Made by a program: the position numbers and the translations under genes
Shown: piece by piece, positions 48,609 to 58,259 of the stretch
How positions within the stretch are numbered: position 1 is the stretch's first letter
Layout of the letters: every line of letters starts with the position of its first letter
From: Acetomicrobium hydrogeniformans
GTDB taxonomy: Bacteria > Synergistota > Synergistia > Synergistales > JAFGMB01
NCBI GenBank assembly: GCA_016841745.1
Contig: JAENYO010000002.1
Coordinates: forward strand, 422,729 to 486,728
Reading direction: 5' to 3'
Length of the DNA stretch: 64,000 nucleotides
Notes under the pieces: model-generated
Database searches by the model: none
Told to the model about the DNA's origin: nothing
The model's input: the letters and a program-made list of their open reading frames with translations, nothing else

Positions 48609-49372
48609 GTGTAAAAGTGACTAGGCAGATTATCAGGATAGATGAATCAAAGTGTAACGGATGCGGACAGTGTGTTGAAGCATGTCATGAAGGTGCCATC
48701 CAGATGGTACATGGAAAGGCAAAACTTGTAAGCGATGTTTACTGTGACGGACTTGGGGACTGCATAGGGGAGTGCCCTCAGGGGGCCATAACTTTCGAGA
48801 CCAGGGAGGCTGAACCCTACGATGAAGAGGCAGTTCAGGCTCATATGGAGACAGTAAAGAGAAATAGCTGTCAATCCGGAGGGTGTCCCGGGGCTATGGC
48901 AAGGGTTTTGAACAAAGGTAATGAAATGGTAAATCCCTCACCTGTTGTTCGTGAGAGTGGGCCAATGGTTTCAGAACTTGGGAACTGGCCGGTACAACTT
49001 AAGCTGGTACCTGTAAATGCTGCGTACCTCCAGAATGCAGATATAGTTTTAGCAGCTGACTGTACAGCCTTTTCTCACGGGAACTTCAATCAGACCTTCC
49101 TCAAAGGCGAAAATATAGTTTGTCTTATCGGTTGCCCCAAGCTTGATGATAAAGAATATTACAGAGACAAGATCGCAGAGATAATAAAACTTAATGAGCC
49201 CCGTTCCATAACTGTCGTTTACATGGAAGTTCCATGCTGTGGAGGAATGGTCAGACTTGTGGAAGCGGCCATAGAAGAGGCCAGACTGGACATGGATCTT
49301 AAACTTGTCAAAATTGGTACAAAAGGCGATAATCTTGGAGAAGAGATAACACGCTATTGTTATAAACAATAA
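48605..49372 (+). CDS. 4Fe-4S ferredoxin-domain protein typical of hcp operons
   Basis: CNGCGQC..AC, CDGLG.C...CP, WPVQL, AADC, GCPKLD, MEVPCC. Confidence 0.88.
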   Translation: MSVKVTRQIIRIDESKCNGCGQCVEACHEGAIQMVHGKAKLVSDVYCDGLGDCIGECPQGAITFETREAEPYDEEAVQAHMETVKRNSCQSGGCPGAMARVLNKGNEMVNPSPVVRESGPMVSELGNWPVQLKLVPVNAAYLQNADIVLAADCTAFSHGNFNQTFLKGENIVCLIGCPKLDDKEYYRDKIAEIIKLNEPRSITVVYMEVPCCGGMVRLVEAAIEEARLDMDLKLVKIGTKGDNLGEEITRYCYKQ

Positions 49373-49427
49373 ACTTGGCACCCTGGCACTGTTTGATATT
49401 TAGTTAGCTTAAGGGGGAATGGGAAAT

Positions 49428-51074
49428 ATGTTCTGTTACCAGTGTGAACAGACTGCAAAGGGCTCTGGGTGTACATCCTGGGGCGTTTGTGGAAAAAGTC
49501 CGGAAGTTGCAGATCTTCAGGATCTTCTTATCTATATTACAAAGGGAATATCCATGTATGCCCACAGGGCAAGGCAGCTTGGTGTAAAAGACAGTGAAAT
49601 CGATGTTTTTGTAGTTGAGGCACTTTTCACTACCATAACCAATGTCAACTTTGACGAAGTAAGAATGGAGAAAGCAATTCGCCGGGCTGGTGAAATTAAG
49701 TCTAAAGCGAGAGATCTTTACGAAAATGCAGCTCAGAAGGCCGGTCAGAAACCAGAGAAGCTTGCAGGTCCGGCTGAATATATCCCTCCTGGGTCCAGAG
49801 ATGATCTGATAAGGGATGGAGAAAAGGTGAATCCTGAAAGCTTTGCTGAAAAACGGGGTGAAGTGATACAGGGTCTACACGACCTGGTCCTCTTTAGCCT
49901 CAAAGGAAGTGCTGCTTATTTAGACCATGCCGTAGTCCTTGGAGTGGAAGATGATGATGTCTATGGTTTCTTCCATGAATTCCTGGATTTTCTCAGTAGA
50001 GAGAATTTTACAGTTGATGAACTTTTTGGGAGAGTCCTTGATGCAGGAAAGTGGAATATCAGGGTTATGGAGCTTCTCGATGAGGCAAACACCGGTACTT
50101 ATGGTCATCCAGAACCCACAAAGGTAAAAGTTACTCCGGTTAAAGGAAAAGCTATCCTTGTTTCTGGACATGATCTTAAGGATCTGGAGATCCTTCTTAA
50201 GCAGTCTGAAGGAAAGGGTATTAATATATATACCCATGGAGAAATGCTTCCATGTCTTGCCTATCCAGAACTGAAAAAGTATCCCCATCTGGCTGGCAAC
50301 TATGGAAGCGCCTGGCAGAACCAGAGGGAGGAATTCGATGAATTTCCGGGCTCCATTCTTATGACAACCAATTGTATCCAGAAGCCCAAGGATTCCTATA
50401 TCAACAGGATCTTTACTACTGGGCTGGTCGCATGGCCTGGAGTGAACCATATTGGTAAAGATAAAGATTTCTCTCCTGTTATTGATTCTGCCCTTTCCCA
50501 GGCAGGGTTTACTGAAGATGGGCCTGAAAAATATATAACAGTGGGTTTTGGCCGCAATGCAGTTCTTTCTGCTGCTGAAACCGTTATAGAGCTCGTGAAA
50601 TCAGGCAAGATCAGGCACTTCTTCCTTATAGGGGGATGTGATGGTGCCAAACCTGGTAGAAGTTACTACACGGATCTGGCTAAAATGGTACCTGAAGATT
50701 GCATAATACTTACCCTGGCCTGTGGTAAGTACAGGTTTAATAAACTTGATTTCGGGGACATTGAAGGGCTTCCAAGGCTGCTGGATGTCGGACAGTGTAA
50801 TGATGCATATTCCGCAGTCAAGATCGCCATGGCCCTGGCAGATGCCTTCGAAACAGATGTTAACAGCCTGCCTTTATCGATGGTACTTTCATGGTATGAA
50901 CAGAAGGCCATATGTATCCTGCTTTCCCTCCTCTACCTTGGTATAAGGAATATCCGTATAGGTCCCACTCTCCCCGCTTTTGTCAAGCCGGAGGTGTTGA
51001 ATGTGCTTCAGGAAAAATTTAACCTGATGCCGGTAACCACCCCAGGGGAGGACCTTAAGGCTATCCTTGGATAG
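49428..51074 (+). CDS. hcp: Hybrid cluster protein (hydroxylamine reductase)
   Basis: MFCYQCEQT...GC...GVCGK, SGHDL, THGEMLP, GGCDG, GQCND, SWYEQKA. Confidence 0.96.
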   Translation: MFCYQCEQTAKGSGCTSWGVCGKSPEVADLQDLLIYITKGISMYAHRARQLGVKDSEIDVFVVEALFTTITNVNFDEVRMEKAIRRAGEIKSKARDLYENAAQKAGQKPEKLAGPAEYIPPGSRDDLIRDGEKVNPESFAEKRGEVIQGLHDLVLFSLKGSAAYLDHAVVLGVEDDDVYGFFHEFLDFLSRENFTVDELFGRVLDAGKWNIRVMELLDEANTGTYGHPEPTKVKVTPVKGKAILVSGHDLKDLEILLKQSEGKGINIYTHGEMLPCLAYPELKKYPHLAGNYGSAWQNQREEFDEFPGSILMTTNCIQKPKDSYINRIFTTGLVAWPGVNHIGKDKDFSPVIDSALSQAGFTEDGPEKYITVGFGRNAVLSAAETVIELVKSGKIRHFFLIGGCDGAKPGRSYYTDLAKMVPEDCIILTLACGKYRFNKLDFGDIEGLPRLLDVGQCNDAYSAVKIAMALADAFETDVNSLPLSMVLSWYEQKAICILLSLLYLGIRNIRIGPTLPAFVKPEVLNVLQEKFNLMPVTTPGEDLKAILG

Positions 51075-51122
51075 CAAACCTTAACAAGCTTTAGAGCATA
51101 GCCTTTGTATGGAGGTATTAAC

Positions 51123-51461
51123 ATGGAAAAATATGTTTCTGACGATTCAATTAGCGGAAAAGTACTCAAGCTGGAAGATCTCGTCCAGTACCAGCAGGAT
51201 TCAGTTGTAAGCAGGGCCATAATCCAGGGAGAAAAGGGAACGGTTACCCTGTTTGCTTTCGACGAGGGGCAGTCTTTAAGTGAGCATAGTGCTCCCTTTG
51301 ATGTGCTTGTCCAGGTTTTGGAGGGAGCAATGGAGATAAGGATTGGAGGAGATCCTAACAAAGTGTCTTCTGGAGAAGTCTTGATAATGCCTGCTAATAT
51401 CCCTCATTCTCTTAAAGCTACAACAAAGGTTAAAATGAACCTCGTAATGATAAGGTCTTGA
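51123..51461 (+). CDS. Cupin domain protein
   Basis: TLFAFD.GQ.LSEHSAP, MPAN.PH.L. Confidence 0.88.
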   Translation: MEKYVSDDSISGKVLKLEDLVQYQQDSVVSRAIIQGEKGTVTLFAFDEGQSLSEHSAPFDVLVQVLEGAMEIRIGGDPNKVSSGEVLIMPANIPHSLKATTKVKMNLVMIRS

Positions 51462-51467
51462 GATAGA

Positions 51468-51497
51468 GAAAAGCCCGGGGTTCTCTCCGGGCTTTTC
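51468..51497. terminator. Bidirectional terminator
   Basis: gaaaagcccgg...ccgggcttttc. Confidence 0.8.
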
Positions 51498-51500
51498 AAT

Positions 51501-51638
51501 TTATTTCTCCCTACGGGAGAAAAGAGTATCGATAATGAATCAGCCAGTACAGGCTTTTTCTTTCTTTTCTTCTTTAACGGTGTTTTCAGAGTTCTTCTTC
51601 AGTTTTTCGGCCGGATCTTCTTTTTTCTTCCAGAACAT
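51501..51638 (-). CDS. Small unannotated protein, candidate CxxU selenoprotein (45 aa; 32 aa if UGA is a stop)
   Basis: AGGAGGTG RBS 8 nt before ATG; MFWKKKEDPAEKLKKNSENTVKEEKKEKACTG-UGA-FIIDTLFSRREK-TAA; SECIS-like hairpin. Confidence 0.55.
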
Positions 51639-51774
51639 GCAGCATACACCTCCTATACCTATATAGGGTATAATAAAAATGGATAAAAATCAACCTCTCC
51701 AGATCTGGAAGATAATGAGAGACAGGGGTATCCTGTACAGGCGGTTAAATTTTTTTTATAAGGAGCAGGTAAGG

Positions 51775-52557
51775 ATGGGATCCTTTAAGCTCAATGTACT
51801 TGTAGAAATCGTGAGTAAGGCTTCTTTGATCATTACTAACCAGGGTGACAGGTCCATCGCTCGAAGCAGGTCCAGTTCGGACTATACCACTTTTACCGAT
51901 TTAAAGGTCGAAAACTTTATTAAGGATAAACTGATCAAGCTTTCCCCGAAAAGCCTCATAATTGCTGAAGAATCATTTGACCCCGAAAGTGTTCAGGATT
52001 GGAAGGATTCTGCCTTTGTCCTGGATCCGGTGGACGGGACGATAAACTTTCATCATAACTATAATGCATCGGCTATCTCCCTTGCTTTTATTGAAGACGG
52101 TTTTCCTCTTTATTCGGTTATTCTGGATCCCTTCAGGAATGAACTGTTTGCGGCGGAGAGAGGCTGTGGTGCCTCAATGAACGGAAGGAAGATCATGGTG
52201 TAAGGAGTTTCTTCCTTGAGAGACGCCCTGGTCGGTTTTGGTACAACTCCCTATGACAAGGCCAGAGGTCTGCAAATGATTAAGGTTGCAGGGATGATCT
52301 ACCCCCGATGCCAGGACATAAGAAGATTGGGTGCGGCGGCCCTTGATCTTGCCTATGTTGCATGCGGAAGACTTGATGCCTTTTTCGAAATGGATCTTAA
52401 ACCCTGGGATTTCTATGGAGGTATGCTTCTTATAACAGAAGCAGGAGGTACAGTTTCTGACTGGAAGGGGAGAAATGTTGAGGGACTCGGGAAAAGAGAT
52501 ATTCTTGCAACCAACGGTTTGCTTCATCAGGAAATGCTGGATAGGATAAAGATATGA
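51775..52557 (+). pseudogene. suhB: Inositol monophosphatase family gene interrupted by an in-frame TAA (52201-52203)
   Basis: AEES, LDPVDGT.NF before the stop; GAAALDLAYVA.G, KPWD..GG after it in the same frame (KIMV*GVSSLRDAL). Confidence 0.8.
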
Positions 52558-52633
52558 ATAATCCTGTCCTACTGTACTTGAAAGGAGATTTCAAGCTATA
52601 ATACCCTCTATCCAGATCAAGGAGGAAGATAAG

Positions 52634-53113
52634 ATGGCAGAAAATAAAACAAATCCGGTAGCAACCTTTAATACAAATATGGGTAGTTTCAAAATAGAGC
52701 TTTTTGAGGACAAGGCTCCGGTCACTGTAGCAAATTTTGTTGAGCTTGTAGAGAAAGGTTTTTACAACGGGCTCATCTTTCATAGGGTGATTGACGGTTT
52801 CATGATCCAGGGTGGATGTCCCCTGGGTAAAGGAACTGGCGGCCCGGGATACAAGATCAAGGATGAATTCCATCCCGACTTGAAACATGATTCGGAGGGT
52901 ATCCTTTCCATGGCTAATGCAGGTCCTGATACGGGAGGGTCCCAGTATTTCATTACTCTTGCTGAAACAGCCTGGCTTGACAATCACCATGCTGTTTTTG
53001 GCAAGGTCAGTAGCGGGATCGAAGTTGTACGGACCATCGGCGGTGTAAAGACCGGTTTTGCTGACAAACCTGTTGAAGATGTTGTGATAAGAGAGATCGT
53101 GTTGTCAAAATAA
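52634..53113 (+). CDS. Cyclophilin-type peptidyl-prolyl isomerase
   Basis: [32 protein letters not shown]. Confidence 0.95.
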   Translation: MAENKTNPVATFNTNMGSFKIELFEDKAPVTVANFVELVEKGFYNGLIFHRVIDGFMIQGGCPLGKGTGGPGYKIKDEFHPDLKHDSEGILSMANAGPDTGGSQYFITLAETAWLDNHHAVFGKVSSGIEVVRTIGGVKTGFADKPVEDVVIREIVLSK

Positions 53114-53149
53114 GCATTAACTGGTTTGTTTTATAATCTCTAACTGATT

Positions 53150-53201
53150 ATAAAGACCCGCTTTCCGGGAAATTTATTTTTACCGGAAGGCGGGTCTTTA
53201 T
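53150..53201 (+). terminator. Rho-independent terminator
   Basis: ataaagacccgctttccgg...ccggaaggcgggtctttat. Confidence 0.75.
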
Positions 53202-53324
53202 CTTTATGAGCCAAGTTCGTTATTTCAATGCTATAATAAAATCACGCTTATTGTAGATTAAATTTAATTTAGTTCCTGAACAAATGCAGAAATGTATTGA
53301 GTAAAGTTTTTTTCCATCACAGGG

Positions 53325-55274
53325 GTGTTGGTTTTATTGGAGAGAGAGAACAAGGATATTACGGGTATTCAGATCGAAAATCTGAAATTAACGGACCTGA
53401 TAGATCTTGAAGAGCTTCAGAAGCTTCAGGATTGTTTTGCGTTGAGCAACAATATTGCATCCATAATCCTTGATCCTGAGGGCAAACCAGTAACCAGGAG
53501 CAGTAATTTTTCCGAATTCTGCCGAATTGTCAGATCCTCATCCAGAGGAAGCGGGAATTGCAAAAAAGTGGAACAAGCCCTTTCCCGTACTCAGGAGAAT
53601 ACTGTTCCCTTTGTCATTAACTGTGATACCTTTCCTGCCATTATGGAAGGTGTCGTTCCCGTAATTGTCAAGGGTCATCATCTGGCCAGCTGGAATATTG
53701 GTCAGGTTGTTGATTCTGCTGATATGAATGGTGCTGAAATATCGGATAAGGCAGATTTCCTGTGTCTTGATGAGGAAGAACTTGTTTCAGCTTTTGGCAA
53801 ATTAAGGAGAATGTCCCGGTCCGAGTTTGAAAGAACACTGAAGTTCCTGGAACTTCTCACCCTTCAGGTTTCCCTTCTCGCCGTCCAGAACATTGAACAG
53901 AAGCAGCTTATCATTGAAAGGGATAGAGCTGAAGATGCTCTGAAAAAGATAAGACAGAGACTGGAGCTTGCCTTGAATAGTGCAGATCTGGCCATGTGGG
54001 ACTGGAATATAAAGTCTGGTGAATTGCTGTTTAGTGACCGTTGGGCTGAAATGATCGAATACAGGCCTGAGGAGATACAACCTCATTTTGATTCCTGGCA
54101 GAAACTGGTACATCCTGAAGATATGACCAGGGTAATGAGTTATCTTCATTCTCATCTGAACCGGGATATACCCTTTTTCCGGAGTGAGTACAGAATGAAG
54201 ACCCGCCTTGGAAAATGGAAGTGGATCCTGGATTCCGGAAAAGTTGTAGAATGGGATGAAAAAGGAGAACCTCTTCGTGCCGTTGGTACCCATATGGATA
54301 TTACCCAACAGAAGAAAGCAGAAGGGAAATTGAACCAGAACTCTGAAGAACAGAATATCCTCCTTGATAATATTGACATACAGATCTGGTATATGAAAGA
54401 TGCAGAACATTATGGCAGGGTCAATCAGGCACATGCAGATTTCCTTGGTATGGATAAAATGGAGATACAGGGTCGAAGTCTTTCCGAGATAGAAGGAAGA
54501 GACCGTTCCATCAGTGAAACTGAATCCAATAACAGGGTTATCAAGAAAAAGAGAACTGCAAAACTTGAAGAATGGAGAAAGAACAGTTCCGGAGAGGACA
54601 GGCTTCTTTCAATTACAAGAACCCCTAAACTGGACGAAGATGGAAACGTAGAGTATATAATCTGTACTGCCACGGATATTACGGAAAGAAGAGAATATGA
54701 GCGTAAACTGGCCTACATGGCAGTTCACGATCCTTTGACCGGCTGCTATAACAGACATTCCCTCGATCAACTTCTCAAGAAGGAAGCTGGCAGATCCAAA
54801 CGGTATAAACATCCAATAGAACTACTGATGATAGATATAAACCGGTTTAAGGAAATAAATGACCGTTTCGGGCATCAGACAGGAGACAAAGTACTTCAGG
54901 AAGTGGCGACCATACTTCAGAAGCAGGTCAGGGATTGTGATCTTGTCGTAAGGTATGGAGGAGATGAATTCCTTATCCTCCTCCCAGAAACAAGCGGCCA
55001 GACTCAGACACTGAAAGAACGGATTATAAAAGCGGTGCATGATTGGAACAATAAGAATAATATATTGACATTCCCTCTCAGCCTGTCCATAGGCTGTGCA
55101 CACTGGGATCCTGAAAGTCCCCAGTCTATTGAGGATGTTCTTGCAGAAGCTGACAGAATGATGTATGAGGAAAAGCGAAGGGAAAAACAGGGAGAAAGTC
55201 CATTCATCAGGCTTGTTGACGATTCTGAGAAGACGGGAACCTACCGAAGAATAATACATCCATCCTCAAACTGA
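53325..55274 (+). CDS. Diguanylate cyclase, PocR-PAS-PAS-GGDEF
   Basis: PocR (LQ.LQD.F, FC..VR, GQV); PAS W...VHPED; RYGGDEF with RxxD I-site. Confidence 0.9.
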   Translation: MLVLLERENKDITGIQIENLKLTDLIDLEELQKLQDCFALSNNIASIILDPEGKPVTRSSNFSEFCRIVRSSSRGSGNCKKVEQALSRTQENTVPFVINCDTFPAIMEGVVPVIVKGHHLASWNIGQVVDSADMNGAEISDKADFLCLDEEELVSAFGKLRRMSRSEFERTLKFLELLTLQVSLLAVQNIEQKQLIIERDRAEDALKKIRQRLELALNSADLAMWDWNIKSGELLFSDRWAEMIEYRPEEIQPHFDSWQKLVHPEDMTRVMSYLHSHLNRDIPFFRSEYRMKTRLGKWKWILDSGKVVEWDEKGEPLRAVGTHMDITQQKKAEGKLNQNSEEQNILLDNIDIQIWYMKDAEHYGRVNQAHADFLGMDKMEIQGRSLSEIEGRDRSISETESNNRVIKKKRTAKLEEWRKNSSGEDRLLSITRTPKLDEDGNVEYIICTATDITERREYERKLAYMAVHDPLTGCYNRHSLDQLLKKEAGRSKRYKHPIELLMIDINRFKEINDRFGHQTGDKVLQEVATILQKQVRDCDLVVRYGGDEFLILLPETSGQTQTLKERIIKAVHDWNNKNNILTFPLSLSIGCAHWDPESPQSIEDVLAEADRMMYEEKRREKQGESPFIRLVDDSEKTGTYRRIIHPSSN

Positions 55275-55283
55275 AGAAAAAGC

Positions 55284-55308
55284 AAGGTGGACCTTGGTCC
55301 ACCTTTTT
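55284..55308. terminator. Bidirectional terminator
   Basis: aaggtggacc-tt-ggtccacctttt. Confidence 0.65.
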
Positions 55309-55321
55309 AAATGATCTATCT

Positions 55322-56902
55322 CTAGATAGAAGTTTCTTCTATCTTACCTATCATTTCCTCGAATCCGAAGATGGTTCCATCAATATTATCGATGGTCATA
55401 TCAAGGGCCCGTAATCCTTTGAATTCATATCCCTCAGGAAGCCTGTTCGCATATCTTTTTACCTTGAGCAGGGCCTGAAGATAATTTCTTTCCTGGTAAG
55501 AAATTATGTCTGTTGCGAAAAGGGCATCAGGGTGTTCTTCCAGAAAGAAAAGGTTGGCCATTTCAAGATTTTCTTCAACATCCATTTCCTCATACCATAT
55601 ATCTGCAAGGATGGTTCTGAAACGAGCCCTGTCTTCTGCGGACACTAGCTGTCTTACAGCTCTATCGATCGTTTTCAGGTTTTCTCTCAGTTCACCGCTT
55701 ATTAAATGCGGATTGAGCATTGGTAGTGAAAAGAGGGAAATATAATGAGCCTCTTCTTCTATGGAAACCTCTCTTCGAAGAAGTTTCCCGTAGGCCGGTC
55801 TAAGGGTAACCGAGGCATCTTCAGGTTCTGATCTTACAAGCTCTCTGAACACCCATCCTGTATTGGATCGCCTGTGTTCAAAAGGTGAATCTATGAGCCA
55901 GGTTACGTAGCCTGTATCAAAAAGCCCCTTTCGTCCTGCTCTGCCGGCCATCTGGAGAAATTCGTTCTTTGATATCGGTTTTTCGTCATGATACATTACA
56001 AGCTGGGCAAAAATAGCATACTCAGCTGGCAGGTTTACCCCAAGGGCCAATGCATTTGTCCCTACCACTACATCAAGTATCCTTTCCCTGAAGGCAGATT
56101 CAACAAGGAGTTTCTCCTTGGGAAGCATTCCGCCATGATATATTCCAACCCCCCGGAGAAGGGGGGGCATAACTTTGGGGACGTCAAGAATTCTGGCTAT
56201 TTCATAAAGTCGTTTCTTTTTTTCAATTTTGACCCTTTTCCTGGATTTTGAGAGTCTTGCTGCGAGCTTTGATGCCCCTTTCTGGGAAAATAAAAAAACA
56301 AGAGCATCATGGATCCTGTCCAGTCTGAAACCTTTTTTAGTCTGAAAGACGAGTTCAGTTGCTCTTTCCCGGTTTTCATATACAGTGAATTCTTCTCCGG
56401 TTATTCTTGAAAGATAGTTTCCGACGGAATGAGTCCCACCAAAGGTGGCGGACATAACCAGGATCCTGGTTGCAGGGTGGGTTTCCTTGATACCATCAAT
56501 ATATGCCCTTGCCCTGTGAGGGTCTGTAAATATATAGTGAAATTCATCAACAATAAGTTTCTGGCCAGGGACAGATGCATATTTAAGGGTATATATTTCC
56601 TGGGTACAGCAGAGAAGGGAAGCGCCCGTATTCCTCTTGAAATCTCCTGTTTCTATTCCCACGTCAAAGCCCATTCTCCTGAGATCAAGGTATCGTTCAT
56701 TACTCAGAGCCTTGATGGGGGCAGTAAAGATAGTCCGTTCAGCGGGTGGTTCGAGTATCTCCCCTCTGGTATTAAGGAGTCCCGCCCAAAGGTAGGCAAC
56801 CAGAGTCTTTCCTGAACCTGTGGGGGAAGAAAGGACGGCATTTTTCCCCTTTACGTATGAAAATGCTTTAAGCTGCCAGTCATAAAAATCGAATATTTTC
56901 AT
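55322..56902 (-). CDS. Ski2-like SF2 DExH helicase
   Basis: PTGSGKT, PIKALSN, DEFH, MSAT, HGG.LP, LA.GVN.PA, QMAGRAGR.G. Confidence 0.92.
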   Translation of the reverse strand: MKIFDFYDWQLKAFSYVKGKNAVLSSPTGSGKTLVAYLWAGLLNTRGEILEPPAERTIFTAPIKALSNERYLDLRRMGFDVGIETGDFKRNTGASLLCCTQEIYTLKYASVPGQKLIVDEFHYIFTDPHRARAYIDGIKETHPATRILVMSATFGGTHSVGNYLSRITGEEFTVYENRERATELVFQTKKGFRLDRIHDALVFLFSQKGASKLAARLSKSRKRVKIEKKKRLYEIARILDVPKVMPPLLRGVGIYHGGMLPKEKLLVESAFRERILDVVVGTNALALGVNLPAEYAIFAQLVMYHDEKPISKNEFLQMAGRAGRKGLFDTGYVTWLIDSPFEHRRSNTGWVFRELVRSEPEDASVTLRPAYGKLLRREVSIEEEAHYISLFSLPMLNPHLISGELRENLKTIDRAVRQLVSAEDRARFRTILADIWYEEMDVEENLEMANLFFLEEHPDALFATDIISYQERNYLQALLKVKRYANRLPEGYEFKGLRALDMTIDNIDGTIFGFEEMIGKIEETSI

Positions 56903-57049
56903 TTACGCTGTTTCCCCTCTGATCGAGGGTCATGTAAATACCCTCGGCATGGACTGATTTTATCAAGTGATACTGAACTGAATAATTATTTTGATCCTGA
57001 AAGTCAGAAGGTAACTATATTCCATAAAAGCAAATTATTCCAGACCTTC

Positions 57050-57829
57050 TTAATTGATGGAGCAGGCCGTCATCTCGAGTGCAGTATCCTCCATAGCCGA
57101 ATAGAGATGGCCTGCGTATTCCATGGGGATTCCGGACCACATCCGGGTAGATATCCGCTGTTGTTCCCGATCTTCAAAATGGGCAACAAGGGGGTTATCC
57201 CAAAGTCCCTTTTGGAGTATATTGTCAGCAAAAGAATCTCCATACACTATCCTGCCGATATTGATAGCAGCGTTTATGTCCCTGTCGATGATCTGGCCGG
57301 AGCTGCTAAGGTAGGATTTTCCCCTTAGATGTCCCGTACGGGATTTTCTTCTCCATCTCTTGGTGCCGGAGTATTCTATCTCTTCCAGAGCAAGGGAATC
57401 TATCTGACTGGTAAAAGCCTCGTCCACAAGATGTACTTCTATCCTTGCAAGGGAACATTCAAAGCGAAGGGTATTGACAAGGTGAAGGGTAATATTAAGG
57501 TATGGGTTATCTCTGAGGGATTTATACCTTATCTTGTAAGGGTTCTTGACAGAGCGATTTCCGAGGGCTATAGACCGGATCCCCAGGCGTAGACATTCAC
57601 CTATAACATAGTGACATCTTTTTAGAAGATATGTATTTATTTCCAGGAGTTCTCCATGAATTAAATAAGGGTTTTTTTTAGCCATGGCCCGTAATCTTTT
57701 CATTTTGCCTTTTTCCAGGGTATTGGGTATCAGTATAGGTTGTTGTCCTGAAAGATTTGACACTATTGCCAGAAGATATCTTTCGCCCATATCAATGGCC
57801 ATTGCATTACACTGGTTTGTTCTCTGCAT
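57050..57829 (-). CDS. Truncated TnpB-like (IS200/IS605) RuvC-domain protein
   Basis: AIDMG (RuvC-I), IALG, VDEAFTSQ, DRDINAAINI (RuvC-III), terminal NP; strong aagggaggg RBS; lacks the N-terminal lobes. Confidence 0.75.
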   Translation of the reverse strand: MQRTNQCNAMAIDMGERYLLAIVSNLSGQQPILIPNTLEKGKMKRLRAMAKKNPYLIHGELLEINTYLLKRCHYVIGECLRLGIRSIALGNRSVKNPYKIRYKSLRDNPYLNITLHLVNTLRFECSLARIEVHLVDEAFTSQIDSLALEEIEYSGTKRWRRKSRTGHLRGKSYLSSSGQIIDRDINAAINIGRIVYGDSFADNILQKGLWDNPLVAHFEDREQQRISTRMWSGIPMEYAGHLYSAMEDTALEMTACSIN

Positions 57830-57883
57830 TGATAATCCCTCCCTTGGTCCTGGATAAAGGGTTTCTGATTATGGATCCCCATT

Positions 57884-57923
57884 AAAAAAGGACGGCAATC
57901 CTTGAACAGACTGCCATCCTTTT
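57884..57923 (-). terminator. Terminator upstream of the tnpB-like gene
   Basis: Minus strand aaaaggatggcagtc...gattgccgtcctttttt. Confidence 0.65.
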
Positions 57924-58053
57924 AAAAATCCTGGTTATTATGTGCGAAGTGTTCCTTTCCAGATGTTATTCCATTCTTCATGATCATTTACAGTATCCAC
58001 TCCTTTCTGGTTGTGAAGTGGAATGATACAAGCTCATATTTCAACTTACTCTA

Positions 58054-58082
58054 AATATAGTGTCAAAATGATAAAGAGTCAA
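58054..58082 (-). promoter_or_regulatory. sigma70-type promoter pointing toward the tnpB-like gene
   Basis: Minus strand TTGACT-17 bp-TATATT. Confidence 0.55.
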
Positions 58083-58259
58083 GAATAAAACACTATTTAC
58101 AGATGGCACTTTACATCTATTAAAGAATAATAATGATTCTTGATTTATACTTTAGATAGATAAGAATTTATGTTATCTCTTTAAATAGACAAATAGTCAG
58201 CCTAAGTGTAAAACTTTTAAGTAAAGTTGCCTGCATATGGGTCAAGGAAGTGATGAATT

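Noticed and set aside
57050-57829. Active IS200/IS605 element or Cas12f CRISPR effector
   Set aside because: No tnpA, no recognisable IS ends, no CRISPR array, and the N-terminal lobes are missing.
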